Below the pieces are notes generated by a model that worked only from the letters and a program-made list of their open reading frames with translations, did no database searches and had not been told where the DNA came from. From positions 1,760,001-1,824,000 of the forward strand of contig CAVUDP010000002.1 of assembly GCA_963740315.1 (NCBI GenBank): 64,000 bases of DNA, in the 5' to 3' direction. Within the stretch, counting starts at the first letter, position 1. Every line of letters starts with the position of its first letter. Shown piece after piece: positions 51,465 to 62,187 of this stretch. The DNA comes from an uncultured cyanobacterium. GTDB lineage: Bacteria > Cyanobacteriota > Cyanobacteriia > Cyanobacteriales > Nostocaceae. A program made the translations under genes and the position numbers.

Positions 51465-52685
51465 TTGACACTTAAGGTTGCTGTTGTAGGCTCTGGTCCT
51501 GCGGGTTCATCTGCTGCCGAAACTTTAGCGAAGGCAGGAATTGAAACCTATCTATTTGAGCGTAAGTTAGATAATGCGAAACCTTGCGGCGGTGCGATAC
51601 CGCTGTGTATGGTAGATGAATTTGACCTCCCGGCTGATATCATCGATCGTCGAGTACGGAAAATGAAGATGATTTCTCCCTCGAATCGTGAGGTTGATAT
51701 TAATCTAATAAAAGAAGACGAATATATAGGAATGTGTCGCCGCGAAGTTTTAGATGGCTTCATGCGGAATCGTGCGGCGAAATTAGGCGCTCATTTAATT
51801 AATGCTACGGTTCATAAATTAGATTTTCCCAAAAATAATACAGATCCTTATACTATCCATTACGTTGACCATACAGAAGGTGGCGCACAAGGTATTGCCA
51901 AAACTCTGAAAGTGGATCTAATTGTCGGCGCTGATGGTGCAAATTCCCGTATCGCCAAGGAAATGGATGCTGGGGATTACAACTATGCCATTGCTTTCCA
52001 AGAGCGCATCCGCCTTCCGGAAGACAAAATGGCATACTATAACGACTTGGCAGAAATGTACGTCGGTAATGATGTTTCTACCGATTTCTACGCTTGGGTT
52101 TTCCCCAAATACGACCACGTAGCCGTAGGTACGGGTACGATGCAGGTTAATAAAGCCAGCATTAAGCAGTTGCAAGCTGGTATACGCGCCCGCGCTGCCA
52201 GAAAACTTGCTGGTGGTAAAATCATCAAAGTTGAAGCACACCCCATCCCCGAACATCCCCGTCCCCGTCGCGTAGTCGGACGCATTGCATTAGTAGGTGA
52301 TGCGGCTGGTTATGTTACCAAGTCTTCCGGAGAAGGAATTTACTTCGCTGCGAAATCCGGACGGATGTGCGCCGAAACCATTGTTGAAATTTCCAATGGC
52401 GGAGAGTCCATTCCCACGGAAGCCGATTTAAAAATCTACTTGAAGCGTTGGGATAAAAAATACGGTCTTACCTACAAAGTACTAGACATCTTGCAAAACG
52501 TATTTTACCGTTCCGATGCTACCCGCGAAGCATTCGTCGAAATGTGTGGCGATCTCGATGTTCAACGGTTGACCTTTGACAGCTATCTATATAAAACAGT
52601 TGTCCCAGCCAACCCCATTACTCAACTGAAAATTACTGCCAAAACCATTGGTAGCTTAATTCGCGGTAACGCCCTTGCGCCCTAA
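51465..52685 (+). CDS. chlP: Geranylgeranyl reductase ChlP
   Basis: TTG start with GGGAG RBS; VAVVGSGPAG, AKPCGGAIP and GDAAG..SGEGIYFA motifs; 406 aa. Confidence 0.97.
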   Translation: MTLKVAVVGSGPAGSSAAETLAKAGIETYLFERKLDNAKPCGGAIPLCMVDEFDLPADIIDRRVRKMKMISPSNREVDINLIKEDEYIGMCRREVLDGFMRNRAAKLGAHLINATVHKLDFPKNNTDPYTIHYVDHTEGGAQGIAKTLKVDLIVGADGANSRIAKEMDAGDYNYAIAFQERIRLPEDKMAYYNDLAEMYVGNDVSTDFYAWVFPKYDHVAVGTGTMQVNKASIKQLQAGIRARAARKLAGGKIIKVEAHPIPEHPRPRRVVGRIALVGDAAGYVTKSSGEGIYFAAKSGRMCAETIVEISNGGESIPTEADLKIYLKRWDKKYGLTYKVLDILQNVFYRSDATREAFVEMCGDLDVQRLTFDSYLYKTVVPANPITQLKITAKTIGSLIRGNALAP

Positions 52686-53233
52686 GATTATGGGATGAGA
52701 CAAGGGGTAATGGGGTGATGAGCAGAAGAAAGCTCTTGAAGTTCTTGAGAAAGTTTTATTATATTTATTTATTTCTTTCTCCCTCCGTTTCCTCCGCTCT
52801 CTTCCATGCCCCATTCCCAATAATTAATCAGAAATCAGACGTGTCAGCAGTTATTGCAGTGACGCGCCTGATTTTTTTTTGCTTTATTAATATTGAGAAT
52901 GAGAATCAACCTTGACAATAGCTTTATATGTAACATATCATCGTTAAGTGTAAATACATAAGTATTTAGTCTTTATTCTTATTTAATTTGTTATATTATT
53001 TACTTAATGTTATCATTATATACGTAACTTTTGCCACAATAGGAATATCGTTTAGGTATGTAGAAATTTTCCCTAAAAAAGTTCCGCAGTTCAAAGTATT
53101 TACAATATTTTCCCGATAAATGTGAAGATTCTGTGAAAACTGCGATAAGAATTGGCGAAAAATGCGTGTTTTTACTAACGTATACAGGTTGCTTGTATGT
53201 TAATTGCTCCCTTGTAGGAGTTGGAGCCTAAAT

Positions 53234-53968
53234 ATGAAATTAAGTTCGTTTTTTAATATAGCTGTATTTCCGCTTGCCGTAGTAGCTTTAAGTATAATAA
53301 GTTTCCCCGCTCAAGCAAAAGCTGTTGTTTTTTCAGGTAGCGTTAGTGGTAAGTGGGGAGAACCGACTTCAGGAAGCGTAAATACGAACCCTGTTTATAC
53401 TGGTGTAGGAACAAATACATTTACTTGGGGAAATTCAAAACCTTTTAAAGGTGCCTTTGACAACGAACTGATGTTTGAAGGAAGTTCTTTTTCTGCCGAT
53501 ACGAAAACTTTATTTAAGATTGGCGATTTAACCTATGTCAACGGTACGGTACTTTTAGGTACAAGCGTAGAATCTGCACCTTTAAATCTCAGTTTATCTT
53601 TTAAGGAAGCAACTTCTGGCAACCAAGTTTTTGACTATCAATTTTATTTCCAAAATACTCCTAATCTTTCGGAAAATCCAGAAGATAACGCAGATTATGT
53701 ATTAGTTACCGAAAAAGACTCTAAACGTAGTTTTACGCATGGTGGAGAAAAATATACTTTATCTTTAACTGGGTTCAGTCACGATAACGGTACAACAAAT
53801 ATTGATGAATTCCGGGTACTTGAAGGCGAAAAAACTACAGCCGCTATTTTTGGTCAAATCACCAAAGTTCCCCCATCTAAAAAAGTACCCGAACCAGGTT
53901 TATTAATGGGTTTGTCTGCGGTTGGTGTTTACTTGATTTCTCGAAGAAAAGTTCGTTCGTCAAAGTAG
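53234..53968 (+). CDS. PEP-CTERM sorting-domain exported protein (choice-of-anchor K-like)
   Basis: Signal peptide ending AKA; FTWG and F.IGDLTY.NGT motifs; C-terminal VPEP-TM-RRK. Confidence 0.85.
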   Translation: MKLSSFFNIAVFPLAVVALSIISFPAQAKAVVFSGSVSGKWGEPTSGSVNTNPVYTGVGTNTFTWGNSKPFKGAFDNELMFEGSSFSADTKTLFKIGDLTYVNGTVLLGTSVESAPLNLSLSFKEATSGNQVFDYQFYFQNTPNLSENPEDNADYVLVTEKDSKRSFTHGGEKYTLSLTGFSHDNGTTNIDEFRVLEGEKTTAAIFGQITKVPPSKKVPEPGLLMGLSAVGVYLISRRKVRSSK

Positions 53969-54038
53969 TAGAATTTTAGATTTTAGATTTTGGACTTTGG
54001 ATTTAAATGTATCGCGATCGCGCTATTTAGCCAGCGAT

Positions 54039-54063
54039 CGGGATGGACTTAAAGCCCATCCCG
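54039..54063. terminator. Stem-loop between convergent genes
   Basis: CGGGATGGACT-TAA-AGCCCATCCCG. Confidence 0.55.
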
Positions 54064-54109
54064 CAAGACTTTAGTGCAACGCAGTGTTTTTAAAATCCGC
54101 GATTAAAAT

Positions 54110-55030
54110 CTAAGATTTACTAACTGCTTTCACTCCCGCCATATCCAAGATTGGTACGATCAAATCTTCACGTTTCACCGCCATCATATGCACTCCCTGA
54201 CATAATTGTTGTGCAATTTGTACTTGTTCGGCAGCGATTTTCATTCCTTCTTCTAACGGATTTTTCGCTTGCTCTAATCTATCAATTATATGGTCTGGAA
54301 TTTGAACTCCAGGAACGCATTTATTAATAAACCGAGCATTTTTTGCTGACTTCAAGAGAAATATTCCCGCTAAAATTGGTTTGTTACAATCTGCGGCTAT
54401 TTGAGTCATAAATTTCTCGAAAAGTTCAAAGTCTGTTACCATTTGACTTTGGAAAAATTGCGCTCCTGCTGTTAATTTGCGCTCAAATCGCTTTTGCAAA
54501 CCGCTCCAACTGCGACATTGGGGATCTACGGCAGCACCGACAAATAAATCGGTTGCGCCATCGGTTAAGGCTTTATCGTTACTATCAAAGCCACCATTGA
54601 GTTTCCCAATTAATTGCAGCAAACGCACTGACTCTAGATCGAATACGCTTTTAGCATCGGGGTGATCGCCTGCTTTTACAGGATCGCCAGTTAAAGCTAA
54701 AATATTGCGGATGCCTAAAGCATGAGCGCCCATTAAGTCACTTTGTAAACCAATGCGGTTTCTGTCTCGACAAGCCATTTGACATATCGGCTCGATTCCC
54801 TGTTGCTGTAAAATTACTGACGCTGCAAACGAAGACATCCGTAAAACTGCGCGGCTACCATCGGTGATATTGACGGCATGAACTCTCCCCTTAAGAGTCG
54901 CCGCCATTTGTATCATGTGTTCTGGATTACCGCCTTTCGGTGGTGCGACTTCAGCAGTGATGAGGAATTCACCCCGGCTTGCCGAAGCACGAAATGTTGT
55001 CAATTGAGTTGGATTTAGCGTACCAAGCAT
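54110..55030 (-). CDS. metF: Methylenetetrahydrofolate reductase
   Basis: AEVAPPKG, NITDG, ACRDRN, LALTGD and GAQFFQSQ motifs. Confidence 0.92.
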   Translation of the reverse strand: MLGTLNPTQLTTFRASASRGEFLITAEVAPPKGGNPEHMIQMAATLKGRVHAVNITDGSRAVLRMSSFAASVILQQQGIEPICQMACRDRNRIGLQSDLMGAHALGIRNILALTGDPVKAGDHPDAKSVFDLESVRLLQLIGKLNGGFDSNDKALTDGATDLFVGAAVDPQCRSWSGLQKRFERKLTAGAQFFQSQMVTDFELFEKFMTQIAADCNKPILAGIFLLKSAKNARFINKCVPGVQIPDHIIDRLEQAKNPLEEGMKIAAEQVQIAQQLCQGVHMMAVKREDLIVPILDMAGVKAVSKS

Positions 55031-55094
55031 TTCGGTTGTTATATTTCGATACTTGGTACAGCTCTATCACATATAACTCCTGTAGGAAAGGTTA

Positions 55095-56114
55095 TTAAGG
55101 CATAGAGAATCCTAATGCTGATTTTACTTTGGTTAAAGTTTCGTTGGCGATCGCCTCTGCTTTTTCCCTACCGTCGCGTAAAACCTGCTCTAGATAAGCT
55201 TTATCGTCCATTACAGCTTGATATTTCTCTTGAATGGGTTGTAGAGCGTTAACGGCTGTTTCTGCCAATAGAGGCTTAAATTGACCCCAACCCATATCTT
55301 GACATTCTGCTGCTACTTCTTCTTTGGTTTTACCAGCAAGCAGCATATACAGAGTTAGTAGGTTATTGCATTCGGGGCGATCGCCATTATCAAATTCTAA
55401 ACCGCGCACGGTGTCGGTTTTACAGCGTTTGATTTTCTTAGTAATTTCTGCTGGGGTATCTGTCAAATTAATCCGACTTAATTCTGAAGGATCGGATTTT
55501 GACATTTTGTTGGTACCGTCGGTTAAACTCATTACCCTCGCCCCTTCTTTACGAATTATGGGTTCTGGTAATTTTAGTACTGGTTTATCTGGCTTACCGA
55601 ATTGATGATTAAATCTATTGACAATATCTCTCGTTAATTCTATGTGTTGTTTTTGGTCTTCACCTACAGGAACTTTATCGGCTTGATACAGTAAAATATC
55701 CGCAGCCATCAGTACGGGATAATCCAGCAAACCCACATTAACGTTTTCACCCTGCTTGATTGCTTTTTCTTTATACTGAATCATATCTTCCAACCAGTTA
55801 AGCGGAGTGATACAGTTGAGCAACCAAGTTAATTCGCTGTGAGCGGAAACGTGAGACTGTACGAAGATAGTCGAATAATTCAAATCCAAACCGCACGCTA
55901 GATAGATAGCAGCCATCTGATAAGTATTTGCTGCTAATGTTTTGGGGTCTTGCGGTACGGTAATTGCGTGTAAATCTACTACACAAAAATAATTTTCATA
56001 TTCGTCTTTATACTGGTTTTGAATCTCGATCCAGTTGCGAATAGCTCCCAAATAGTTACCTAAATGTAGATTACCAGTTGGTTGTACTCCAGAAAAAACT
56101 CGTTGCTTACCCAT
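55095..56114 (-). CDS. trpS: Tryptophan--tRNA ligase
   Basis: SGVQPTGNLHLGNY (HIGH), VPVGEDQKQH and KMSKS motifs. Confidence 0.98.
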   Translation of the reverse strand: MGKQRVFSGVQPTGNLHLGNYLGAIRNWIEIQNQYKDEYENYFCVVDLHAITVPQDPKTLAANTYQMAAIYLACGLDLNYSTIFVQSHVSAHSELTWLLNCITPLNWLEDMIQYKEKAIKQGENVNVGLLDYPVLMAADILLYQADKVPVGEDQKQHIELTRDIVNRFNHQFGKPDKPVLKLPEPIIRKEGARVMSLTDGTNKMSKSDPSELSRINLTDTPAEITKKIKRCKTDTVRGLEFDNGDRPECNNLLTLYMLLAGKTKEEVAAECQDMGWGQFKPLLAETAVNALQPIQEKYQAVMDDKAYLEQVLRDGREKAEAIANETLTKVKSALGFSMP

Positions 56115-56334
56115 ATTAATCAGTGAACAGTGAACAGTTAGCAGTTAACAGTGAGCAGTTAACAGTGAGCAGTTAATAATCAATAGATTTGTATTCGCAT
56201 TCTAGCTGTTAGCATATGGCAGAACACCATACACTAATAACTGACAGCGTTCATCTCCCAACATATACCTTAATCGCTATTCGCTGTTCGCTGTTCACTG
56301 TTCACTGTTAACTGCTCACTGCTCACTGTTTATT

Positions 56335-57273
56335 ATGCGCGAATTATATCCACCAAGAGAACTACTAAAAGAAGGTAAACTACAAGTAACAGAATTACAT
56401 AGAATTTATTTTGAAGAGTCGGGGAATCCGCAAGGTAAACCAATTGTAGTATTACATGGCGGTCCTGGTGGTGGATGTCCGAGTTATTATCGCCAATATT
56501 TTAATCCTGAAAAATGGCGTTTAATCATGTTCGATCAAAGAGGTTGCGGTAAAAGTACACCTCATGCAGAATTACGAGAAAATACCACTTGGGATTTAGT
56601 CAGCGATATTGAAAAAATCCGCGAACATTTAGGAATAGATAAGTGGGTTGTGTTTGGTGGAAGTTGGGGAAGTACGCTTTCTTTAGCTTACAGTCAAACT
56701 CATCCAGAACGATGCACGGGTTTGATTTTACGCGGTATTTTTATGCTGCGTCAAAAGGAATTACATTGGTTTTATCAGGAAGGTGCGAGTAATATTTTCC
56801 CCGATGCTTGGGATGAATATTTAAAGCCAATTCCCCCAGAAGAAAGAGGTGATCTATTAAATGCTTATTATGAAAGATTGACTAGTGAAGACAAAAGAGT
56901 CAGGTTAGAAGCTGCAAGAGCTTGGTCAATTTGGGAAGCAAGTACGAGTAAATTATTTTTAGATAAATCTTTAATGCAAACTTTTGGTGAAAGTGCTTTT
57001 GCAGATGCTTTCGCCAGAATTGAATGTCATTATTTTGTAAACAAGGGATTTTTTGAACGAGAAGATCAATTACTTTTGAATGTTGATAAAATCCGCCACA
57101 TTCCGGCTGTGATTGTTCAGGGAAGATATGATGTAGTTTGTCCGATGGTGTCGGCTTGGGAATTACATAAAGAATGGAGAGAAGCAGAATTTATTGTAGT
57201 ACCCGATGCCGGACATTCGATGAGCGAACCGGGTATTCAAACGGCTTTGATTGATGCGACGGATAGGTTTTAA
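56335..57273 (+). CDS. pip: Proline iminopeptidase
   Basis: LHGGPG, FDQRGCGKS, GGSWG, GRYD and AGHS motifs. Confidence 0.96.
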   Translation: MRELYPPRELLKEGKLQVTELHRIYFEESGNPQGKPIVVLHGGPGGGCPSYYRQYFNPEKWRLIMFDQRGCGKSTPHAELRENTTWDLVSDIEKIREHLGIDKWVVFGGSWGSTLSLAYSQTHPERCTGLILRGIFMLRQKELHWFYQEGASNIFPDAWDEYLKPIPPEERGDLLNAYYERLTSEDKRVRLEAARAWSIWEASTSKLFLDKSLMQTFGESAFADAFARIECHYFVNKGFFEREDQLLLNVDKIRHIPAVIVQGRYDVVCPMVSAWELHKEWREAEFIVVPDAGHSMSEPGIQTALIDATDRF

Positions 57274-57471
57274 TGCTGGGCATGGGGCATTGGGCTACCT
57301 CCCACCTCCGGTGAATGGGCATTGGGCATTGGTAGGCATGGAGAGTAAAAGTTTTCTTTATGTTCTTGTGCGCTAACCTTCTCTTCGGGAAGACGCTCCG
57401 CGTCAATGCTATATTTTGCGTTTGAAAAAAATATATACTCATATAATTATTATTTATCTAAAATTGTGTGT

Positions 57472-57488
57472 ACATTTGCCGCAAATGT
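57472..57488. promoter_or_regulatory. Inverted repeat upstream of the DUF1778/GNAT TA operon (candidate autoregulatory operator)
   Basis: ACATTTGC-C-GCAAATGT next to a TATACT -10-like hexamer. Confidence 0.4.
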
Positions 57489-57649
57489 GTTTACAGTTGT
57501 GTATACTAAATATAGAAACTGCTCAACATCTAGGCAATGAAGTTTCTCCTGTGCGTTCAAACTATTGTAGTTTCGTTAGCTTAGCAGCAAAAGCAGTGTG
57601 TTGTACAAATTGCTACAAACAAGCAGTTTAAATTTATAAAGGACTGATT

Positions 57650-57931
57650 ATGCCAACAACTAAAGCTAAAAAAAGTAGGCTTGATATCAGAATAGATCAA
57701 GATCAAAAGGAACTTTTAGAAAGAGCTGCATCTTTAAGAGGGCTAAGTCTTAGTTCTTATTTGCTTTCTAATAGTATAGAAGCTGCAACTAGAGATATAG
57801 AATCTCACGAAAAGTTAGTTCTGAGTGATAATGACCGGGATTTATTTCTATCTTTGATGGAAAATCCACCAGAGCCAAATCAAGCTTTGAAGTCAGCTAT
57901 GAGAAGATTTCAAGAAGAATACGAAAACTAA
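57650..57931 (+). CDS. DUF1778 RHH antitoxin (TacA/AtaR-like)
   Basis: RLDIRI..KELLERAASL.G.SLSSY..LS..D...F...ENPPEPN..L motif. Confidence 0.92.
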   Translation: MPTTKAKKSRLDIRIDQDQKELLERAASLRGLSLSSYLLSNSIEAATRDIESHEKLVLSDNDRDLFLSLMENPPEPNQALKSAMRRFQEEYEN

Positions 57932-58447
57932 TTGTCTGTGAAATTCCATATCTCACTACTGGATACCAGCTTTCATGATAGAGAATCTTTTGACTGTGGA
58001 AAATCGCAGTTAAATGACTATTTGAAGAAAATGGCTGGACAAGACGCGAAGAAAGGATATTCCAAAACTTTTGTCGCAACAAGTGAAGTTAAGAGCAAAG
58101 AGATTCTTGGGTATTATTGCACGAGTGCATCTAGCATTGAATTCGAGAACATTCCTCAAAATCTCTCTAAAAGATTACCGAAATATCCTGCCCCTTCTAT
58201 GTTAATTGGAAGGTTAGCGGTAGATAAACGAATGCAAGGTCAAAGACTTGGAGAAAGGCTTCTGATGCACGCTTTAAGTAAAGCAGTTCGTGCAGCTTCA
58301 GAAATAGCCATTTTTGCAGTTAGGGTTGATGCTTTAGATGAGGAAGCAAAGAAATTTTATCTTCATTATGAATTTGTACCACTTGAAGGTAAAGAATTTT
58401 CTCTTTTACTTCCTATGAAGACAATTATGAAGAGTCGAAATAGATAA
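57932..58447 (+). CDS. GNAT toxin (TacT/AtaT-like)
   Basis: HDRESFDCG..LNDYL, IGRLAVD..QGQRLG and VDA..A..FY motifs; abuts the antitoxin. Confidence 0.9.
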   Translation: MSVKFHISLLDTSFHDRESFDCGKSQLNDYLKKMAGQDAKKGYSKTFVATSEVKSKEILGYYCTSASSIEFENIPQNLSKRLPKYPAPSMLIGRLAVDKRMQGQRLGERLLMHALSKAVRAASEIAIFAVRVDALDEEAKKFYLHYEFVPLEGKEFSLLLPMKTIMKSRNR

Positions 58448-58455
58448 ATTATTGT

Positions 58456-58486
58456 TAGCTCTGAATTATTTTAGAGCTATTTTTTT
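58456..58486 (+). terminator. Intrinsic terminator after the TA operon
   Basis: TAGCTCT..AGAGCTA stem followed by a T-tract. Confidence 0.55.
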
Positions 58487-58587
58487 GTAATTTTTAATAG
58501 TTTTTATGCTTGTATCAGATTAATTACAATCGCAGAGACGCGGAGAGCGCTGAGGAAAGAGGTTACAGAGAGATACGGATTAATTCT

Positions 58588-59493
58588 TTAACGTTCTAAT
58601 GCTTCCCTATCCCATTTTCCAAGTACGGCGGCGGCTTCATAAGTACTTTGTAGAAAAGATAATAAGGTTTCGTCGGGGGTATCTGATAATCTTAATACTT
58701 CTAACGGCAATATAAATTCCTGTATATCTTCGTGGAAATAAGCTATTTCTGGCTTGATTGGATAATCTTTGAATCCTTCAGGTGCTGGGTAAGCGTAGGA
58801 ATAGAAAAATGGTTCGATACCACCTCCACCTGGCCAAAATCCGCAACTGCTGACTTCGTGAGAGTATGCTTCGTGGGTGATGGAATCGGCTACTCCTGGG
58901 GCACCGGGATGTTTGGGGGCAATGCGCCCGGAAAAGCGTGTCAGGGCTAAGTCGAAGCTTCCCCAAAACAAGTGTGTGGGGCTAACTTTACCAACAAAAC
59001 GGGAACGGAACTGTGTAAATACGCGGTTGGTTTGTACTAATATTTGCCAGAAACGGTGTGCGTATTCGGGGTCGTAAGATTTGTGTTTTGTGTCCTCCTC
59101 GAAGGGGATGGGGTTGGATACTTCTTGCGGCATTGTCCATATTTTTACTTTGATACCGAGTAATGCCAAAGCGTCCATTGTTTTCTGGTAAAATTCGGCA
59201 ACGGAAAATGATTTTAATGCAAATGAAGTGCGTTGTCCGTCGGAGGTTGAAATACAAAGTTCGTGAGCAATGAAATCAAAGTCTATTTGAAAGAAGCGAG
59301 TTTCGTAGGTTATGGCACAAGTACTTAATCCTCGTGATGTGACGTAGAGGGTTACATTCCACCAGTGGTTGATGAGTGGAGTTAATTCCATGCGAATTTT
59401 ACCGATTACTTGCGTCCATAACTGTAGGGTGGAGGACGTTTCTTGCCATGCTGTTGATGGTAATGATGGGAAAATATCGGTGGAATCTATCAT
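58588..59493 (-). CDS. DUF5996 family protein
   Basis: NHWWNVTLYV..RGL, HLFWGSFDLA.TRFSGR, YSHE.SS.GFWPG and FYSYAYP motifs. Confidence 0.8.
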   Translation of the reverse strand: MIDSTDIFPSLPSTAWQETSSTLQLWTQVIGKIRMELTPLINHWWNVTLYVTSRGLSTCAITYETRFFQIDFDFIAHELCISTSDGQRTSFALKSFSVAEFYQKTMDALALLGIKVKIWTMPQEVSNPIPFEEDTKHKSYDPEYAHRFWQILVQTNRVFTQFRSRFVGKVSPTHLFWGSFDLALTRFSGRIAPKHPGAPGVADSITHEAYSHEVSSCGFWPGGGGIEPFFYSYAYPAPEGFKDYPIKPEIAYFHEDIQEFILPLEVLRLSDTPDETLLSFLQSTYEAAAVLGKWDREALER

Positions 59494-59667
59494 TGTTAAT
59501 TCTGGTGTGGGGGTTTTGTTAGAGGTGGGTTATATCAAGTGCCACCATAATAATAATATTCCGAGAATTACCATTGATAATTAATAAATAATATGAATGA
59601 AGTTATAAGCGCTAGTAGGGTGCGTGACGCTTTAATTAAAAAATAACTATTACGTCACGCCGATAAT

Positions 59668-59997
59668 TTAAAGCAGTTCGGTTACAACTGTGTTGAATTT
59701 TTCGTAAGGAACTATCCCCACAATTGTTTCTATGCAGGTTCCATCTTTGTAAATCATCACGGAAGGAATGCTGCGAATATTTAATCTCTTAGCCAGATTA
59801 GAATTCTCACCAAGGTCTACTTTTGCGACTTTTACTTTACCTTCATGTTCTTTAGCTAATTGTTCCATCATCGGAGCAATCATTTTACAAGGACCGCACC
59901 AAGTTGCGGTAAAGTCACACACAAATACACCTTTGCTCGTGGAAAGTGTATCGAATTCTTGTTCGTGGATATATTCAACAGCTATTGTTTCTGGCAT
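59668..59997 (-). CDS. Thioredoxin
   Basis: WCGPC active site and IRSIP motif. Confidence 0.95.
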   Translation of the reverse strand: MPETIAVEYIHEQEFDTLSTSKGVFVCDFTATWCGPCKMIAPMMEQLAKEHEGKVKVAKVDLGENSNLAKRLNIRSIPSVMIYKDGTCIETIVGIVPYEKFNTVVTELL

Positions 59998-60045
59998 GAA
60001 ATATTCCTGTTTCTCAAACTATTTTTTTATGCTTTTTAACGCGAA

Positions 60046-60342
60046 TTAATACAAAGCTTCTTCTTGATGAGTTTGAATTTTACAATCCGATGTAGGAATA
60101 GCAACGCAAGTAAGTACAAAGCCCGCAGCAATTTGGTCTTCGTCGAGAAATGCTTGGTCTGACTGATCTACTTCACCAGAAATAATTTTCCCGGCACAGC
60201 TAGAGCAAGAACCTGCACGACAAGAAACTGGAAGGTCAATATCTTGTTCTTCGGCAGCATCAAAAATATATTGGTCGTCTTCAACTTCAATAGTTTTGTT
60301 AAGCCCTTCGTCGTTGACTAATGTGACTTTATATGTTCCCAT
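60046..60342 (-). CDS. petF: Plant-type [2Fe-2S] ferredoxin
   Basis: [22 protein letters not shown] motif; exact paralog identity uncertain. Confidence 0.9.
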   Translation of the reverse strand: MGTYKVTLVNDEGLNKTIEVEDDQYIFDAAEEQDIDLPVSCRAGSCSSCAGKIISGEVDQSDQAFLDEDQIAAGFVLTCVAIPTSDCKIQTHQEEALY

Positions 60343-60728
60343 TTTCCCCTCTTTAAAAAACTTTAATTTGCTATCTTATCGTAAAAACTTTTGTATACCT
60401 AGTATATAAATACGTTAATAAACTTTATAAAACTTAATAAAAATCAATATTTTATTTATAATCAAGCAGTTTCTACAATATTCCGTTTAGCTCTAAAAAT
60501 GGGGATAATCAATTGAATCGGCAACATAACAATAGTCATCTCTTTCTCAAATATGAGAATATTTACGTAATATTTTGGCTATTTTAATCTAATTTGTTGA
60601 AAGTAAAGATTTTCTCACAATTAGGTAAAAACATATAATTATATATATATTTGATTAATTATAGTATTAGTAATATATTATTGTAGACAATATATTATAT
60701 TAAATTATAAGTAAATATTGATTACAAA

Positions 60729-61868
60729 ATGCAAGGAGAACAATTATCTTTTTTCCCAGATAAAGAAGAACAAGTTGCGAATAAAAAACAGAAAAAACCT
60801 AAATTAGGACGTTACGAACGCATCAAGCGGGAATTAGAAGAAAACGAAACTGACCCAAATAAAATATTTATTGAAATCAGTTCGGAACCAATACCAATAT
60901 CCAATTACACATTTGTGGATTTGTTTTGCGGTGCGGGAGGAATGACTCAAGGGTTAGTTCAAGCTGGATTTAAACCATTAGCGAGTGTTGAAATAAGTCC
61001 AATTGCTTCGGCAACTCATAAGAAAAATTTCCCGCAATGCCATCATTTTTGTGGAGATATTGAAAATTTTGATTCTGTAAAATGGCTCGAAGAAATCGGT
61101 TCCCCCGAAGTACATTTAGTTGCAGGTGGTCCGCCATGTCAAGGTTTTTCAGTTGCAGGAAAACGCGACCCAAAAGACCCGCGCAATCGTCTATTTTATG
61201 AATTTATTCGTGTTGTTTCAAAAATTCGTCCTTGGTACGTTGTAATGGAAAATGTACCGGGGATTTTGACAATTCAAAAAGGAGAAGTAAGAACAGCAAT
61301 TACAGAAGCATTTAAATCAATTGGCTACGATAATATATCCGTAGCAATTCTCGAATCTGCTGCATATGGTGTACCGCAAATTCGTCCGAGAGCTATATTT
61401 ATTGCGAATAGATTTGGAATGCCTAATCCTTATCCGAAAGCTCAATTATTAACTGAAGAATACAAACCCATTGAATCAGCTATTTCCGATTTACCAGAAT
61501 ATACCCGAATACCGGAAATAAATCACGAATGGACTAAACATTCAGCCGAATATATGGAACGTATTGCTAAAGTTCCTCCTGGAGGTTCTTTATATAAAAA
61601 ATATGCCGATGCTTTTAAGCGTCAATATCCGGGTTTACCAAGTATGACTGTTAAAGAAAATCACGGTGGTACTCATATTCATCCTTATCTTAACCGCGTT
61701 ATTTCCGCTCGTGAAATGGCAAGATTACAGACATTCCCAGATTCGTTTATTTTTGAAGGTACGATGAAAAAAGCTATGTGGCAAATCGGAAATGCCGTAC
61801 CATCACGATTAGCAGAATGTATTGGTTATGCGCTGATTCCTTTGCTGAAGTTGGTAAATACTTCCTAA
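60729..61868 (+). CDS. Orphan DNA (cytosine-5)-methyltransferase
   Basis: FCGAGG, GGPPCQGFS, ENV, QIRPR, RLQTFP and IGNAV motifs; no adjacent nuclease gene. Confidence 0.93.
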   Translation: MQGEQLSFFPDKEEQVANKKQKKPKLGRYERIKRELEENETDPNKIFIEISSEPIPISNYTFVDLFCGAGGMTQGLVQAGFKPLASVEISPIASATHKKNFPQCHHFCGDIENFDSVKWLEEIGSPEVHLVAGGPPCQGFSVAGKRDPKDPRNRLFYEFIRVVSKIRPWYVVMENVPGILTIQKGEVRTAITEAFKSIGYDNISVAILESAAYGVPQIRPRAIFIANRFGMPNPYPKAQLLTEEYKPIESAISDLPEYTRIPEINHEWTKHSAEYMERIAKVPPGGSLYKKYADAFKRQYPGLPSMTVKENHGGTHIHPYLNRVISAREMARLQTFPDSFIFEGTMKKAMWQIGNAVPSRLAECIGYALIPLLKLVNTS

Positions 61869-61940
61869 CAGCAATTAGTAATTATTTTATAAACTAAGAA
61901 TTATCACAATTATTTGACTGCGCCCATACCCACCGGAGGT

Positions 61941-62165
61941 TGTAAACCCCCGGCTAATAGCAAAAGTCCATTGAAATGGACTGCTAATTTAATTGCAAAT
62001 CACAGTAATCTTTGTTGCGTTATTTTTCACAAATAATATTTGATCGGAAAGTGCAAGATTTAATCTTATTATTATTTATAGCTTTTATAACCTGAAAAAC
62101 GGGTTTTAAGTAGTCCACGAAAGTGGACTTTGTTTGGTTGGTTCCCCAGACTTCTAGTCTGAGGG
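61941..62165. repeat. REP-like inverted hairpin pair in intergenic DNA
   Basis: AGTCCATTGAAATGGACT and AGTCCACGAAAGTGGACT hairpins, plus CAGACTTCTAGTCTG. Confidence 0.55.
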
Positions 62166-62187
62166 TAACATTATTAAAGTACAAAAA